Assembly (NCBI GenBank): GCA_963756875.1
Contig: CAVWPA010000003.1
Coordinates: forward strand, 1,120,001 to 1,184,000
Source of the DNA: an uncultured Verrucomicrobiae bacterium
GTDB lineage: Bacteria; Verrucomicrobiota; Verrucomicrobiia; Chthoniobacterales; UBA10450
Length of the DNA: 64,000 nucleotides
Direction of reading: 5' to 3'
The position numbers were made by a program, and so were the translations under genes. Position 1 is the first letter of the stretch. Each line of letters begins with the position of its first letter. Positions 48,985-59,529 of the stretch are shown here, piece after piece. The notes beneath the pieces are model-generated. The model did no database searches. It had not been told where the DNA came from and worked only from the letters and a program-made list of their open reading frames with translations.

Positions 48985-49779
48985 CTAGGAGCTGGCGCTG
49001 GAGTAATGTCGCAGAGCAAAGCGCCAGAAAACCCGGGATAAGCAGAAAATAATCGTGGAGGCGACAACCAGCTGAACCATCAGCGGAAAGGGCCGTCCCA
49101 GCGATCTGATTAACAGCCGCGCGGGAATGTTCGCCACGATCACAACGGGAATGATCCAGCTAAAAATAAAGCGAAAAAGCGGTGGGAAGATGGAGTCCGG
49201 ATAACGGGCGATGTTGAGGAAATTGAAGTAGCCGTAAACCAGCCCCTGGGCGCGGACGATCCAGAAACTCACCGCGGCGAGACTGAGCATGATGGAGTAA
49301 TGCACTGCGATTCCAAAACCGAGTGCGGCGACGTAGAGCAGGATTGCCGTTGGGTTTGGGACGATGCCCAGCTTGGACAACGAGACACAAACCACGGCGC
49401 CGCCCAGGGCAGCGTTGACTACGCTGTCGAGTCCGAATTGTTTGGTCGAAACGGCAAATTGGCTGTCGACCGGCAGAACGAGCAGGGAATCCAGTTTTCC
49501 GGTGCGGACCAGTTCCGGAATGTTGGCGACATTGACAAAAAAGAAGGCTTGAAAGAGTTGCGCGATCATCTGATGCGTGCCGATTAGCAACACAACCTGC
49601 CACTTTGACCAGTCACCGATACGATTGACATTGCCGAAGATGATGCTGAAAAACAGGATCTGGCCGCAGAACCACAGAACCTCAACGAGCATCCAAAGGA
49701 TAAAGTTCGCCTTAAAGCTCATCTCGCGAATGAGCGAATTGCGCAGCATGATGGAATAAATTTCGATGTAACGCCGCAC
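48985..49779 (-). CDS. ABC-2 type permease (DUF990-like)
   Basis: GDWS, LVRTGKLDSLLVLPV, RYP, C-terminal YSSASS. Confidence 0.88.
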   Translation of the reverse strand: MRRYIEIYSIMLRNSLIREMSFKANFILWMLVEVLWFCGQILFFSIIFGNVNRIGDWSKWQVVLLIGTHQMIAQLFQAFFFVNVANIPELVRTGKLDSLLVLPVDSQFAVSTKQFGLDSVVNAALGGAVVCVSLSKLGIVPNPTAILLYVAALGFGIAVHYSIMLSLAAVSFWIVRAQGLVYGYFNFLNIARYPDSIFPPLFRFIFSWIIPVVIVANIPARLLIRSLGRPFPLMVQLVVASTIIFCLSRVFWRFALRHYSSASS

Positions 49780-49826
49780 GGCCCTCTCTTGTCTTCTAAG
49801 TGTATGCTACGTGAACCACGATCCGC

Positions 49827-51008
49827 ATGAAGCGTTTTCTCCTGCCGGGGTCCGTCATTATCGGCCTGTTAATCCTCTTGTTCGTTGTGCGTCAGTGCCG
49901 GCGAGAGGCTACGACCGATTATCAAACTGCGCCGATCACCCGTGGGCCGTTGACCCAGGCGGTCACCGCCACGGGCACGTTGAATCCGGTGATCAACGTG
50001 CAGGTTGGAAGTCAGATCTCTGGTAACATTGCGAAGCTGTATGTGGACTTTAATTCGCAAGTCAAAGCCGGCCAGGTGGTGGCGCAAATCGATCCGGTCT
50101 TGTTTCAGGCAGCAGTGACACAAGCCCAGGGCGATCTGGCCAACGCTGAGGCCGCGCTCGAACTGGCCAAAGTCAACGCGACGCGCACCCAGTCGTTATT
50201 TGCCCAGAAGAATTCGTCGCAGGCGGATCTCGACCAGGCAATGGCTGGCCTGCACCAGGCGGAGGCCAGCGTGAAAATCAAACAAGGCGCGCTCGACAGA
50301 GCGAAAGCCGATCTCGATCACTGCACCATTACGTCGCCCATCGATGGCGTGGTTATTTCGCGAAATGTCGATGTCGGCCAGACAGTGGCGGCCAGTTTGC
50401 AGGCCCCCGTCATCTTCACCATTGCAAACGACCTGGCGAAAATGCAGATCGACGCCAACGTGGCCGAGGCCGATGTCGGCGTCGTGGAAGTGGGGCAGAC
50501 CGTCGATTTTACCGTGGACGCGTTTCCGATGCGCACGTTTCACGGCAAAGTGGTGCAGGTGCGTAATGCTCCGATCACTGTGCAGAACGTTGTCACGTAC
50601 GACACCGTTATCGGTGTCAGCAATCCGGATTTGAAATTAAAGCCGGGGATGACGGCGAATGTCTCGATCATCGTCGCCCACAAGGATAACGTTCTGCAAA
50701 TCAAGAATGCAGCGCTGCGATATCGGCCCGTCGAGGCGTCTTCTACCGGGACAAAATCGGCGCCAAGCCCTGGCAAACGGCGTCCGAGCACGGGACATGA
50801 ACATCGGATTGAGCGAACCGTTTACATTTTGGGAAACGGCGCCAGCCGCCCCCAACCTGTGCAAATCAAAACCGGCATCAGCGATGGAATCGTTACCGAA
50901 GTTGTCGACGGCTTGAAAGAAGGCGACCGCGTCGTGACCGCCGAACTGACGCAGGCCGCCGAGTCGGCTCCGGCCAATCCTTTTAGCGGTTCGCGCCACT
51001 TTCATTGA
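49827..51008 (+). CDS. Efflux periplasmic adaptor subunit (MacA/HlyD-like)
   Basis: VGSQISG, ITSPIDG, GQTVAASLQAP, LKPGMTA. Confidence 0.92.
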   Translation: MKRFLLPGSVIIGLLILLFVVRQCRREATTDYQTAPITRGPLTQAVTATGTLNPVINVQVGSQISGNIAKLYVDFNSQVKAGQVVAQIDPVLFQAAVTQAQGDLANAEAALELAKVNATRTQSLFAQKNSSQADLDQAMAGLHQAEASVKIKQGALDRAKADLDHCTITSPIDGVVISRNVDVGQTVAASLQAPVIFTIANDLAKMQIDANVAEADVGVVEVGQTVDFTVDAFPMRTFHGKVVQVRNAPITVQNVVTYDTVIGVSNPDLKLKPGMTANVSIIVAHKDNVLQIKNAALRYRPVEASSTGTKSAPSPGKRRPSTGHEHRIERTVYILGNGASRPQPVQIKTGISDGIVTEVVDGLKEGDRVVTAELTQAAESAPANPFSGSRHFH

Positions 51009-51057
51009 TTTTTATCGTCGATTGTCGAGCACAAGAATGAGCGAGGGTGGAACGGAC

Positions 51058-51810
51058 ATGAACAATGGCGAGATCGTCAGGCTGATCGACGTGCACAAGA
51101 TCTATCGCAGCGGCGAAATGGAAGTGCCCGCGGTGCGCGGCGTGTCGCTGGAAATCAAGCGGGGAGAGTTCGTCGCGCTGATGGGGTCGAGCGGTTCGGG
51201 CAAATCGACGTTGATGAACATACTTGGCTGCCTCGACCGGGCGACGTCCGGTCGTTATATTTTGGGAGATGCCGATGTTTCCAACCTGAATCGCGACCAG
51301 TTGGCGGACATTCGCAATCGCAAAATCGGGTTCATTTTTCAAAGTTTCAATCTTTTGCCGCGCACGTCTGCGCGCGAAAACGTGGAGCTGCCGCTGCTTT
51401 ACGGTGCGCATCGTCTGACGAACGCGCAGTTACGCGAAAGGGCCGATCGCGTTTTGGGTTCGGTTGGATTGGCCGGTCGCGAAGACCATTATCCGGGCCA
51501 GCTTTCCGGGGGCCAACAGCAGCGCGTGGCGACCGCGCGGGCGCTGGTTAACAATCCTGAAATCGTGCTCGCCGACGAACCGACCGGTAATCTGGACAGC
51601 AGGACCAGTATCGAGATCATGGGAATCTTCCAAGAGCTCAACGATCGCGGCATTACCATCATCATGGTAACGCACGAGCAGGACATCGCGGCGTACGCGC
51701 GGCGCAACGTCATCATGCGCGACGGGATGATTGTTGAGGATCGCGTGGTAACGCAGCGACTCACTGCGAGCACGGAGCTACAGAGGCGGAGTAATGGAGT
51801 AACGGAGTAA
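51058..51810 (+). CDS. ABC transporter ATP-binding protein (MacB/LolD-like)
   Basis: [27 protein letters not shown]. Confidence 0.95.
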   Translation: MNNGEIVRLIDVHKIYRSGEMEVPAVRGVSLEIKRGEFVALMGSSGSGKSTLMNILGCLDRATSGRYILGDADVSNLNRDQLADIRNRKIGFIFQSFNLLPRTSARENVELPLLYGAHRLTNAQLRERADRVLGSVGLAGREDHYPGQLSGGQQQRVATARALVNNPEIVLADEPTGNLDSRTSIEIMGIFQELNDRGITIIMVTHEQDIAAYARRNVIMRDGMIVEDRVVTQRLTASTELQRRSNGVTE

Positions 51811-51854
51811 TGAGTACGAAACAACACACTGCTCCAGCGCTCCATTTTTGACCG

Positions 51855-53072
51855 GTGAGAGTCGCGTCGACTTTTAACATCGCGTTCCGAGCGTTGCGTC
51901 GGAATAAAATGCGGTCTGTGCTGACGGCACTCGGCATCATTATCGGCGTAGCGGCGGTGATTGCCATGGTCGGGATTGGCAACGGGGCAAAGGCGCAGGT
52001 CGAGGCACAGATCGCAAGCCTTGGAGAAAATGTGATTCTGATTTTTTCGGGAAGCACAACTTCCAGTGGCATTCGCACGGGGTGGGGCAGTGCCGGCACG
52101 TTGAAAATCGAGGATGCCGAAGCAATTCGCAGAGAAATCCCGGACATCGTGGCCGTAAGCGAAGAAGTTGTTTCCACCACGCAGGTTGCGGCAGGAAATC
52201 AAAATTGGTTTACCCGCGTTTTCGGCGAGTCATCCGACTACTTCGATATTCGCGAATGGCCGCTGGCCGAAGGCTCGTCATTCACTCCGCAAGATGTGCG
52301 CAGCGCAAACAAGGTTTGCGTCGTTGGTCGGACGACGGCCGTCCAAATTTACGGAAATGAGGATGCGGTCGGACAGATTTTGCGCATTAAAAACGTGCCG
52401 TTCACAATCACTGGCGTTTTGACTGCGAAAGGGTTGAGCCCGCAGGGCGTCGATCAGGACGATATTGTGGTGATGCCGTACACTAGCGCGATGAAACGCG
52501 TGACCGGCGGCACAGTCCTGCGCAACATTGAAGTCCAGGTAGGCGACGGTCGTCAGGTCGCGGGCGCCCAGCAGCAGATCGTCGCCTTGCTGCGGCAACG
52601 CCATAACATTCGCCCAGGTCACGATGACGATTTTACGGTGCGCACGCAGCAGGAGATCGCCGACATGGCCACGGCGACGACAGCGGTTATGACCGTTCTG
52701 CTCGGTTCAATCGCCGGCGTTTCTCTTGTCGTCGGCGGAATTGGCATCATGAACATCATGCTAGTGAGCGTGACCGAGCGGACGCGGGAGATCGGCACGC
52801 GCATGGCAGTCGGTGCGCACGGCAGCGATATTCTCATGCAATTCTTGATCGAAGCGGTCTCGCTCAGTTCGGTCGGAGGCTTGATTGGCATTATTCTTGG
52901 GGTCGCAGCCTCAAGAGTTTTGTCGAACTACGCCCATTGGCCTACGCTCATTTCCATCAGCTCGATTGTGACTGCGTTTTCGGTCAGTGCCGCTGTCGGA
53001 ATCTTCTTTGGATTTTATCCGGCCCGCAAAGCCGCCGCGCTCGATCCAATCGAAGCGTTGCGCTACGAATAG
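51855..53072 (+). CDS. ABC transporter permease (MacB/FtsX-like)
   Basis: [48 protein letters not shown]. Confidence 0.95.
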   Translation: MRVASTFNIAFRALRRNKMRSVLTALGIIIGVAAVIAMVGIGNGAKAQVEAQIASLGENVILIFSGSTTSSGIRTGWGSAGTLKIEDAEAIRREIPDIVAVSEEVVSTTQVAAGNQNWFTRVFGESSDYFDIREWPLAEGSSFTPQDVRSANKVCVVGRTTAVQIYGNEDAVGQILRIKNVPFTITGVLTAKGLSPQGVDQDDIVVMPYTSAMKRVTGGTVLRNIEVQVGDGRQVAGAQQQIVALLRQRHNIRPGHDDDFTVRTQQEIADMATATTAVMTVLLGSIAGVSLVVGGIGIMNIMLVSVTERTREIGTRMAVGAHGSDILMQFLIEAVSLSSVGGLIGIILGVAASRVLSNYAHWPTLISISSIVTAFSVSAAVGIFFGFYPARKAAALDPIEALRYE

Positions 53073-53156
53073 GCAGGGACGCATCTCCGAGGCGTCCCTC
53101 GAATTATTCTTTGAACGGGTTCAATAAAAGCGGACGGCTCGGAGAGCCATCCCTAC
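53072..53156. repeat. REP-like doublet between convergent genes
   Basis: GGCAGGGACGCATCTCCGAGGCGTCC...GGACGGCTCGGAGAGCCATCCCTAC. Confidence 0.7.
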
Positions 53157-53255
53157 GTGAGAATTTCAATACGGCTCAGTTTGTAAGAATACTTTGCCGC
53201 GGGGACCGCTCGCTTTGCGAGATACAAATGGATCCAGAACGTGTCCGGGTTTTGG

Positions 53256-54080
53256 TTATCCGCCGACCGCCTGGTAATGTCCGAGCCCGCGTTTCCACAT
53301 CGCGCGCGCGGCCGACCATGTGAGAAACAGCCAGCCGGACTGGATGGCGAGCGCCTGGGCGAGATCCGTTCCGCGCAGTCGCTCGAGGAAAATCGCGACC
53401 GGGCAAAAAAGCTCGTAGTAAAACGGCATCCATTTCATCACCGCCTGCACGGCATTAGGCATAATGTCGATGGGAAACATTTGGCCGCCGAGGAAGTATT
53501 CGAACGAATAAACGATGAACACGATGGTGGAGATTTCCAAAATCCAAAACGCCATCAATGCCAGAGTGTAGGTGATAAAAAATTGAATGAAGGCCGACAT
53601 CAACATCGAGAGCAACGCGTAAAAGTACGTGGCTGCGTGCGCGGGCAGCGCGATGTAATGGTGAAAATAGATAAAAATCAAAGCGATTGGCGGCAGGGTG
53701 ACAAAGGTGTAAACGAGGCGGCTGCTCAGGAAGATGCTGCACCGGTAAGCGAGATAACTCACCGGTTTGGTCAAAAAGGAATTGATCTGGCCTTCGCGGA
53801 TGTCAGACGCGATCTGCCACTCATCTTCGGTCGGCGTGACCAGATTACTAACCAGAATGGTGAGCAAATAGTAATAAATCATCGAGCCATAGTTGTAGCC
53901 GTGCAGACCACCGCCGCGGGCCTTGAAAACCGCGCCCCAGAGGAAAACAGTCCCGGCCAGAGGAATTAATGCGAAAAGCGCGCGCAAAAAATAGTTCCAG
54001 CGATAAACGAACGTGTTCTGAAGCCCGATGTTAAAAACCGAGATGTATTTCGCGATCTTCAACCTGCGATTCACATTCAT
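53256..54080 (-). CDS. ABC-2 type permease (DUF990-like), partner of 48985-49779
   Basis: YRWN, DIREG...LTKPVSY, LGGQMFP, C-terminal YQAVGG. Confidence 0.88.
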   Translation of the reverse strand: MNVNRRLKIAKYISVFNIGLQNTFVYRWNYFLRALFALIPLAGTVFLWGAVFKARGGGLHGYNYGSMIYYYLLTILVSNLVTPTEDEWQIASDIREGQINSFLTKPVSYLAYRCSIFLSSRLVYTFVTLPPIALIFIYFHHYIALPAHAATYFYALLSMLMSAFIQFFITYTLALMAFWILEISTIVFIVYSFEYFLGGQMFPIDIMPNAVQAVMKWMPFYYELFCPVAIFLERLRGTDLAQALAIQSGWLFLTWSAARAMWKRGLGHYQAVGG

Positions 54081-54162
54081 GCTCGTCCTTTAATCGTAGA
54101 TCTATGAAGACTTTCCGCTAAATAGGCCAAATGACGCTAAACTAATATCGAAGTCTCTCTTC

Positions 54163-55122
54163 TTAACGTTTTTTCGCGTGTTTGGCGGATTGGTTTCCGT
54201 TTGGCGTCAATTCAACCGCAAGTTTGATCGCCGCGATCATGCTATCGGGCCGCGCGGTGCCTTTGCCCGCGATACCGAAAGCGGTGCCGTGATCGGGGCT
54301 GGTGCGTGGAAACGGCAGCCCGAGCGTCACGTTCACTCCTTCATGAAACGCGTGCAGTTTGAGCGGAATCAAACCCTGGTCGTGATACATGCAAAGAACA
54401 GCGTCGAATTCGCCCTCAACGGCGCGATAAAAAACAGTGTCGGGTGAGTGAGGGCCGGTAAAAATTGCGGATTCCGGCCTCTGACTCGTAGGAGCCGACG
54501 GCTCGGAGAGATCGCGGATTGCGGTTTGTAGTTCGGAAATCGCCGGCGCGATGATCTCGATCTCTTCGCGACCAAGTTTTCCCGATTCGCCGGCGTGCGG
54601 ATTCAGGCCGGCGACGGCGATACGCGGATTCTTGTGCGAGCGGCGCCGGAGAAAATCGGCGAGCAGGAAGCCGACGCGCACGATATCTCCCGGTCTTAAT
54701 GCGTTTGCAACGCTGCCGAGAGGAATATGCGCGGTAACCAGGGCCACCGTGATTTTTCCACCGGTCAAGAGCATTGCGAAATTCGTCACTCCGCAGCGAT
54801 TGGCAAAGAACTCGGTTTGTCCCGGAAACTTGAACCCGGCCTCCGACATGCGTGCCTTGTGGACGGGGCCGGTCACAATCGCATCGAGTTCTCCCCGCCG
54901 TGCAAGTGTGACCGCTTCTTCCAGTGCCGCCCCCGCGGCGCGCGCCGTCTCGGTCGTTGGTTTTCCTGGTGAGCACGCCGGATATTTCCCGATGACGTTG
55001 TATTCGGCTGAGTCGGGCAACCGGCCGGATTTAAGCGCTGCTTCGACAATCTCCGGGCCGACGCCGGCGCAATCGCCGAGCGTGATGCCGATACGAGATT
55101 TCCTGTTCGTGCTCGTGTTCAT
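54163..55122 (-). CDS. pdxA: 4-hydroxythreonine-4-phosphate dehydrogenase
   Basis: GDCAGVGPE, GLNPHAGE, MYHDQGL, RTSPDHGTA. Confidence 0.95.
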   Translation of the reverse strand: MNTSTNRKSRIGITLGDCAGVGPEIVEAALKSGRLPDSAEYNVIGKYPACSPGKPTTETARAAGAALEEAVTLARRGELDAIVTGPVHKARMSEAGFKFPGQTEFFANRCGVTNFAMLLTGGKITVALVTAHIPLGSVANALRPGDIVRVGFLLADFLRRRSHKNPRIAVAGLNPHAGESGKLGREEIEIIAPAISELQTAIRDLSEPSAPTSQRPESAIFTGPHSPDTVFYRAVEGEFDAVLCMYHDQGLIPLKLHAFHEGVNVTLGLPFPRTSPDHGTAFGIAGKGTARPDSMIAAIKLAVELTPNGNQSAKHAKKR

Positions 55123-55194
55123 AATTGCGCTCGCAAGTAAGCTTACTTGATCGAGCACAAGTCGAGCAAACGTCGACTGCAGCAGGACCGCCGG

Positions 55195-56206
55195 TCAGAA
55201 CGTTTTGATGTAAGCCTTGGACCGAAGGCTTGTGAGCCAGCGTTCCTGTAGGTTCTGTGCTTCCTGTTGAAGCAGGATTTTCTCAATTTCCGGCCGGGCT
55301 TGATCCAGCGTTTTGGTGGCGCCACCCCGCTTGGCGTCCACCTTAAGAATGTAGTAGTTGCCGCCGAACTCGACGATCCGGCTGACCTTTCCCACCGGAA
55401 GATTAAACGCCACCTTTTCCAGGGGCGCGGCCAATGTTTTGCGCTCAATCCATCCCCAATCGCCGCCGCGGTCGCGAGTGCTGTCTTCGGAATAAATCTG
55501 GGCCAGGCGATCGAACTCGGCGCCATTTGCCAGCTTGCTAAGGATTTCCTCGGCCATGGCTTTTTGCGCGGCCGCCTGTCCATCGGCGGCATGGCTCGGA
55601 ATCATAATGAGTCGCAGCTTGATTTCCTCATGGCTCGTGAACTGATCGCGATGCGCTTTGTAGTACCTGTTCCACCTTGAGCGGTGAGGCTATGGTGTCT
55701 TTCTTGACATTTTTGCTTCGCATCGCCTGGACGATCATTTTTTCGGTCTCCATTTTCTTGAATTCGCCCAGCGTGAAATTTTGCGCCTGCAGCGTTTTGA
55801 TAAACGTGTTGCGGTCGCCTCCAAAATTTTGCCGAATGATGTCGTGCATCTGTTCTTCGACGAAGTGGTCGGGAACCTCGAAATGTTCCTTTTCGAACGC
55901 TTGAAGAATCAGCTGCCGGTCGATCAGGTCCTGAAGCGCAAGGTTGCGCACCTCTTTTAATTTGGCTTCAAGTTCCGCGCCGCTGTATTGCGAACGAAGC
56001 AATCTTTCGCGCGGCTCGACCAGCGCGCGCACCTCGGAGTAAGTGATGACTTCGGCTTTTCCCGGAGACTTATCGTTGCCGTTCAGCGCCACTACCGCCG
56101 CCACGCCATCGACAATTTCCGGCTCAGCCGCGTAAGCAGCGCAGCAAACCAGCGGGACGTTCAGCGCCACCGCGGCCAGCAGAACCAATAACAATGGACG
56201 CGTCAT
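55195..56206 (-). pseudogene. surA: SurA-like parvulin peptidyl-prolyl isomerase with one +1 frameshift (about 55666), probably an assembly error
   Basis: SurA-N (DGVAAVV, LIDRQLILQ) and rotamase (LAQIYSED, GGDWGW) halves in different frames; deleting one base joins VEQ-YYKAHRDQF into 336 aa; pdxA/mfd context. Confidence 0.8.
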
Positions 56207-56211
56207 TCGAT

Positions 56212-59200
56212 TCAGAACTTTCTCGTTACCTCCAAAACTTCCCTGAGAAGGTGGGGGATTGCACCCGCAACTAAACGGGGGAACTTGCCATCGACAAGTA
56301 TAAAATCACCGCGCCTGGTTAGCATCAGCTTACGATTCCGCACCTCCACACGGGTGATCCCGGCTTTGGCGGCGGAGAGCTTGATTTCGGTGAGAAGGAA
56401 CAAATTGTCAACCGCGGCCGGAAAGATCCCGAAACGATCGCGCCATTCCCGCCGGAGCTGTTCCAACTGATCGGGGGTGGTGATCCCCGAGAGCTCGCGA
56501 TACGCCTTAATGCGCAATGCGGTGTCGCCGATATAGTTGGGAGGAACAAAGGCGGGGATCCGCTCAGTAGGAGGCGCTTTTGCAAGTATCCCCGAAGCCG
56601 TTCTGGGGCCATTCTCCGGTTGCTGGACAAATTCCGCTTGGTTGGTGGCGATGAAATCGAGCCGCACTTCAACATCCAGCCGCGGCTGGAACTTCTGGCC
56701 TTTCAATTGCGCGACCGCCTGTTTGAGCAGCTGGCAATACAAATCGAAACCGATTGCCAGAATATGTCCGCTCTGGGCCGTGCCAAGAATGCTGCCCGCG
56801 CCGCGTATTTCGAGATCACGCATGGCGATGCGAAAACCGGCGCCCAGCGAACTGTACTGTTTGATGGCATTAATCCGTTTGCGTGCGGCGCCGACTGTCA
56901 TCATCTCACGCGGCAAAAGCAGATATGCGTACGCTTTGTGCTCGGCCCGGCCTACGCGGCCGCGTAGCTGATAAAGGTCGGCCAGGCCAAAGCGGTCCGC
57001 CCGGTCGATGATGATGGTGTTTGCATTCGGAATATCGAGGCCGCTCTCGATGATGGTGGTGCAAACCAGGACATCGACTTTCCCGGCAACGAAACGCGCC
57101 ATCACCTCTTCGAGTTCGTCGGATTCCATTTGTCCATGGCCGATGTCGATCTTCGCCTCCGGACAAAGATCGGCGACACGATCGCGCACGCGCTGGATCG
57201 ACTGCACCCGGTTATGCAGAAGGAACACCTGTCCCTGGCGTTCCAGTTCGCGTTTGATGGCGTCGCGAATAATTCGCTCATCGTAACCGCAGACAACCGT
57301 TTCCACCGGCAGCCGATTCAAGGGCGGAGTTTCAATCGTGGACATGTCTTTCGCGCCCACGAGCGAAAGATAAAGCGTGCGGGGGATGGGCGTGGCCGAA
57401 AGCGTCAAAACATCGACCAGCTTGAAGAGCTCCTTGAATTTCTCTTTGTGCAACACACCGAAACGCTGCTCTTCATCGATGACGACCAGGCCGAGGTCCT
57501 TGAAAATGACGTCGCCCGAAATCAACCGATGGGTCCCGATTACAATGTCGACGCCGCCCTGCCGCAGCAGTTCCAGAATTTTGCGTTGCTCGCCGTGGGA
57601 TCGGAACCGGCTAAGCATCTCGATGCGCACGGGATAGTCGAGCATGCGCTGGCGAAAGACTTCGTAGTGTTGCTGGGCCAGGACCGTGGTCGGCGCGAGC
57701 ACGGCCACTTGTTTGCCCTCCATCACCGCTTTGAACGCGGCGCGAATCGCTACTTCGGTCTTTCCGAAACCAACGTCGCCGCAGATCAACCGGTCCATCG
57801 GCCGCCGCCGCTCCATGTCGATCTTAGTCTCGATGATCGCTTTCATCTGGTCGGGTGTCTCCCGGAATGGAAATGAATGCTCGAATTCCACCTGCCATTT
57901 TGTGTCGGCGCCGAAGGCGTAGCCCGGGTTGGTTTCTCGCTCCGCCTGCAACGCCAGCATCTTGCCGGCGTAATCGAAGATCGAAAGGGTCGCGTTTTTC
58001 TTTGCGCGCGCCCACTTCGCATCGGCGAGCGAACTAAGCGCCGGTGATTGTTTGCCGACGCCGACGTAGCGCGAGACGAGATAAGCCTGCTCGAGCGGCA
58101 CATAGAGTTTTGCTTCGTTTGCAAACTCGAGGACCAGGACTTCTTCTTCCGCTTCGCCGTCTGGCGTGGTGGGCGGCGCGCCCGGCGGGCGTGCCCTGCC
58201 AGTTTTGATCAGCCCCAGAAATCGACCGACACCGTGCTCGAGATGTACGATGAAATCGTTTTCATTCAGTTCACTAAAATCGATTTGGGCGCGATGGCGT
58301 TCCGCGCGGTACAAGCGCCGTCGTGCATGCGGCGCAAAGCGGCCAAACAATTCCGCCGCGGAAAGCACGACGAGATTCGCTGCCGGAAAACAAAATCCAC
58401 GCGCGAGCGTGCCGAGAACAAGATCCACATCCTCCAGCGCAGCCGGGCCGATGATCTCGCGAAAGCGTTCGATCTCGCCTTCGGTTTGAAAGTAAGTCAC
58501 AATTTGCGCCTTGCTCGCGCGCCATTCGTTCAGGCGATTGATAAATTGGTTTCTTTTTGCCTCTACGAGCATGAAATCGCCCACGGCAAATTCGCCCACG
58601 CCGCAATCCTGAAACGCTCCGGTGAAATCTTCGGGACCGGTTTCAATCCAGCCTTCACTGATTTGAATTTGCGCCTCGGAATTTTCCTCCGGCTCGATCT
58701 CAATCTGCAGATGCTGCTCGTCGATATAATCGCGCACCGAACCGTCCTGATCTGCGAGCCACGAAGTGCGGCCCCGCGACTGGGAAGAAGCCACGTCCGC
58801 CTGGCCAAGCAAAACGTCAACGCGCCGCAAATCCCGGACAGAGGTTTGCGTATCGATGTCGAACTCGCGCAGCGACTCAATCGTGTCGCCAAAGAACTCC
58901 AGCCGTACCGGCAACGGCGCCTGCCAGGAATAAAAATCGATAATCCCTCCGCGCACCGCAAACTGGCCGCGGGTCGTGACTTGTGCCACCCGCTCATAGC
59001 CGGCTCCGCTCAACTCCCTGACAAGCGTCTCCATGCCGGCTTCGGTTCCCCGCTTGAGCTCAACTGAAGCGGATTGCAGTGTGCCCCGCTTCGGTGCCGG
59101 CTGATCGAGACCGGCGCGCGTCACGACAATAACGCGCGGACCCTGTTTCTGGTCGATTCCGGCGAGGAGCGCAAGGCGTTCGGCCGCGATTTCGGGGTCT

Positions 59201-59529
59201 GGCAGAACGTTCTCGACGGCGGCAAATTCGGCTTCCGGCAAATAGTGCGCGTCCGGAAGCCAGTTATGCAAAGTCTCGTAAAGAGAGTCCTGGGTCCGCG
59301 TGTTTGAGCAAACGACCCAAATCGTTTTGTGGTGCGGTTTGCCTGAATCGGCGACTGAGAGCGCATGCCAGGCGCGTGCGAGGATGGCGACGACAAATGC
59401 CTGTGCCGGCTCTATGACGTGGGAAAACTTTACCGGCCAATGGCTTGCGTCGATCTCCGCGAGCCTGGTTGCGATCGGTTCGGAGCCAGCGGCGAGCGTG
59501 AGGAGCTTCTCATGCGTCGGTTTTTCCAC
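56212..59529 (-). CDS. mfd: Transcription-repair coupling factor
   Basis: VRGGIID, VHLEHGVG, GDVGFGKT, DEEQRFG, SATPIPR, QLRGRVGR, DLEIRGAG. Confidence 0.97.
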   Translation of the reverse strand: MEKPTHEKLLTLAAGSEPIATRLAEIDASHWPVKFSHVIEPAQAFVVAILARAWHALSVADSGKPHHKTIWVVCSNTRTQDSLYETLHNWLPDAHYLPEAEFAAVENVLPDPEIAAERLALLAGIDQKQGPRVIVVTRAGLDQPAPKRGTLQSASVELKRGTEAGMETLVRELSGAGYERVAQVTTRGQFAVRGGIIDFYSWQAPLPVRLEFFGDTIESLREFDIDTQTSVRDLRRVDVLLGQADVASSQSRGRTSWLADQDGSVRDYIDEQHLQIEIEPEENSEAQIQISEGWIETGPEDFTGAFQDCGVGEFAVGDFMLVEAKRNQFINRLNEWRASKAQIVTYFQTEGEIERFREIIGPAALEDVDLVLGTLARGFCFPAANLVVLSAAELFGRFAPHARRRLYRAERHRAQIDFSELNENDFIVHLEHGVGRFLGLIKTGRARPPGAPPTTPDGEAEEEVLVLEFANEAKLYVPLEQAYLVSRYVGVGKQSPALSSLADAKWARAKKNATLSIFDYAGKMLALQAERETNPGYAFGADTKWQVEFEHSFPFRETPDQMKAIIETKIDMERRRPMDRLICGDVGFGKTEVAIRAAFKAVMEGKQVAVLAPTTVLAQQHYEVFRQRMLDYPVRIEMLSRFRSHGEQRKILELLRQGGVDIVIGTHRLISGDVIFKDLGLVVIDEEQRFGVLHKEKFKELFKLVDVLTLSATPIPRTLYLSLVGAKDMSTIETPPLNRLPVETVVCGYDERIIRDAIKRELERQGQVFLLHNRVQSIQRVRDRVADLCPEAKIDIGHGQMESDELEEVMARFVAGKVDVLVCTTIIESGLDIPNANTIIIDRADRFGLADLYQLRGRVGRAEHKAYAYLLLPREMMTVGAARKRINAIKQYSSLGAGFRIAMRDLEIRGAGSILGTAQSGHILAIGFDLYCQLLKQAVAQLKGQKFQPRLDVEVRLDFIATNQAEFVQQPENGPRTASGILAKAPPTERIPAFVPPNYIGDTALRIKAYRELSGITTPDQLEQLRREWRDRFGIFPAAVDNLFLLTEIKLSAAKAGITRVEVRNRKLMLTRRGDFILVDGKFPRLVAGAIPHLLREVLEVTRKF

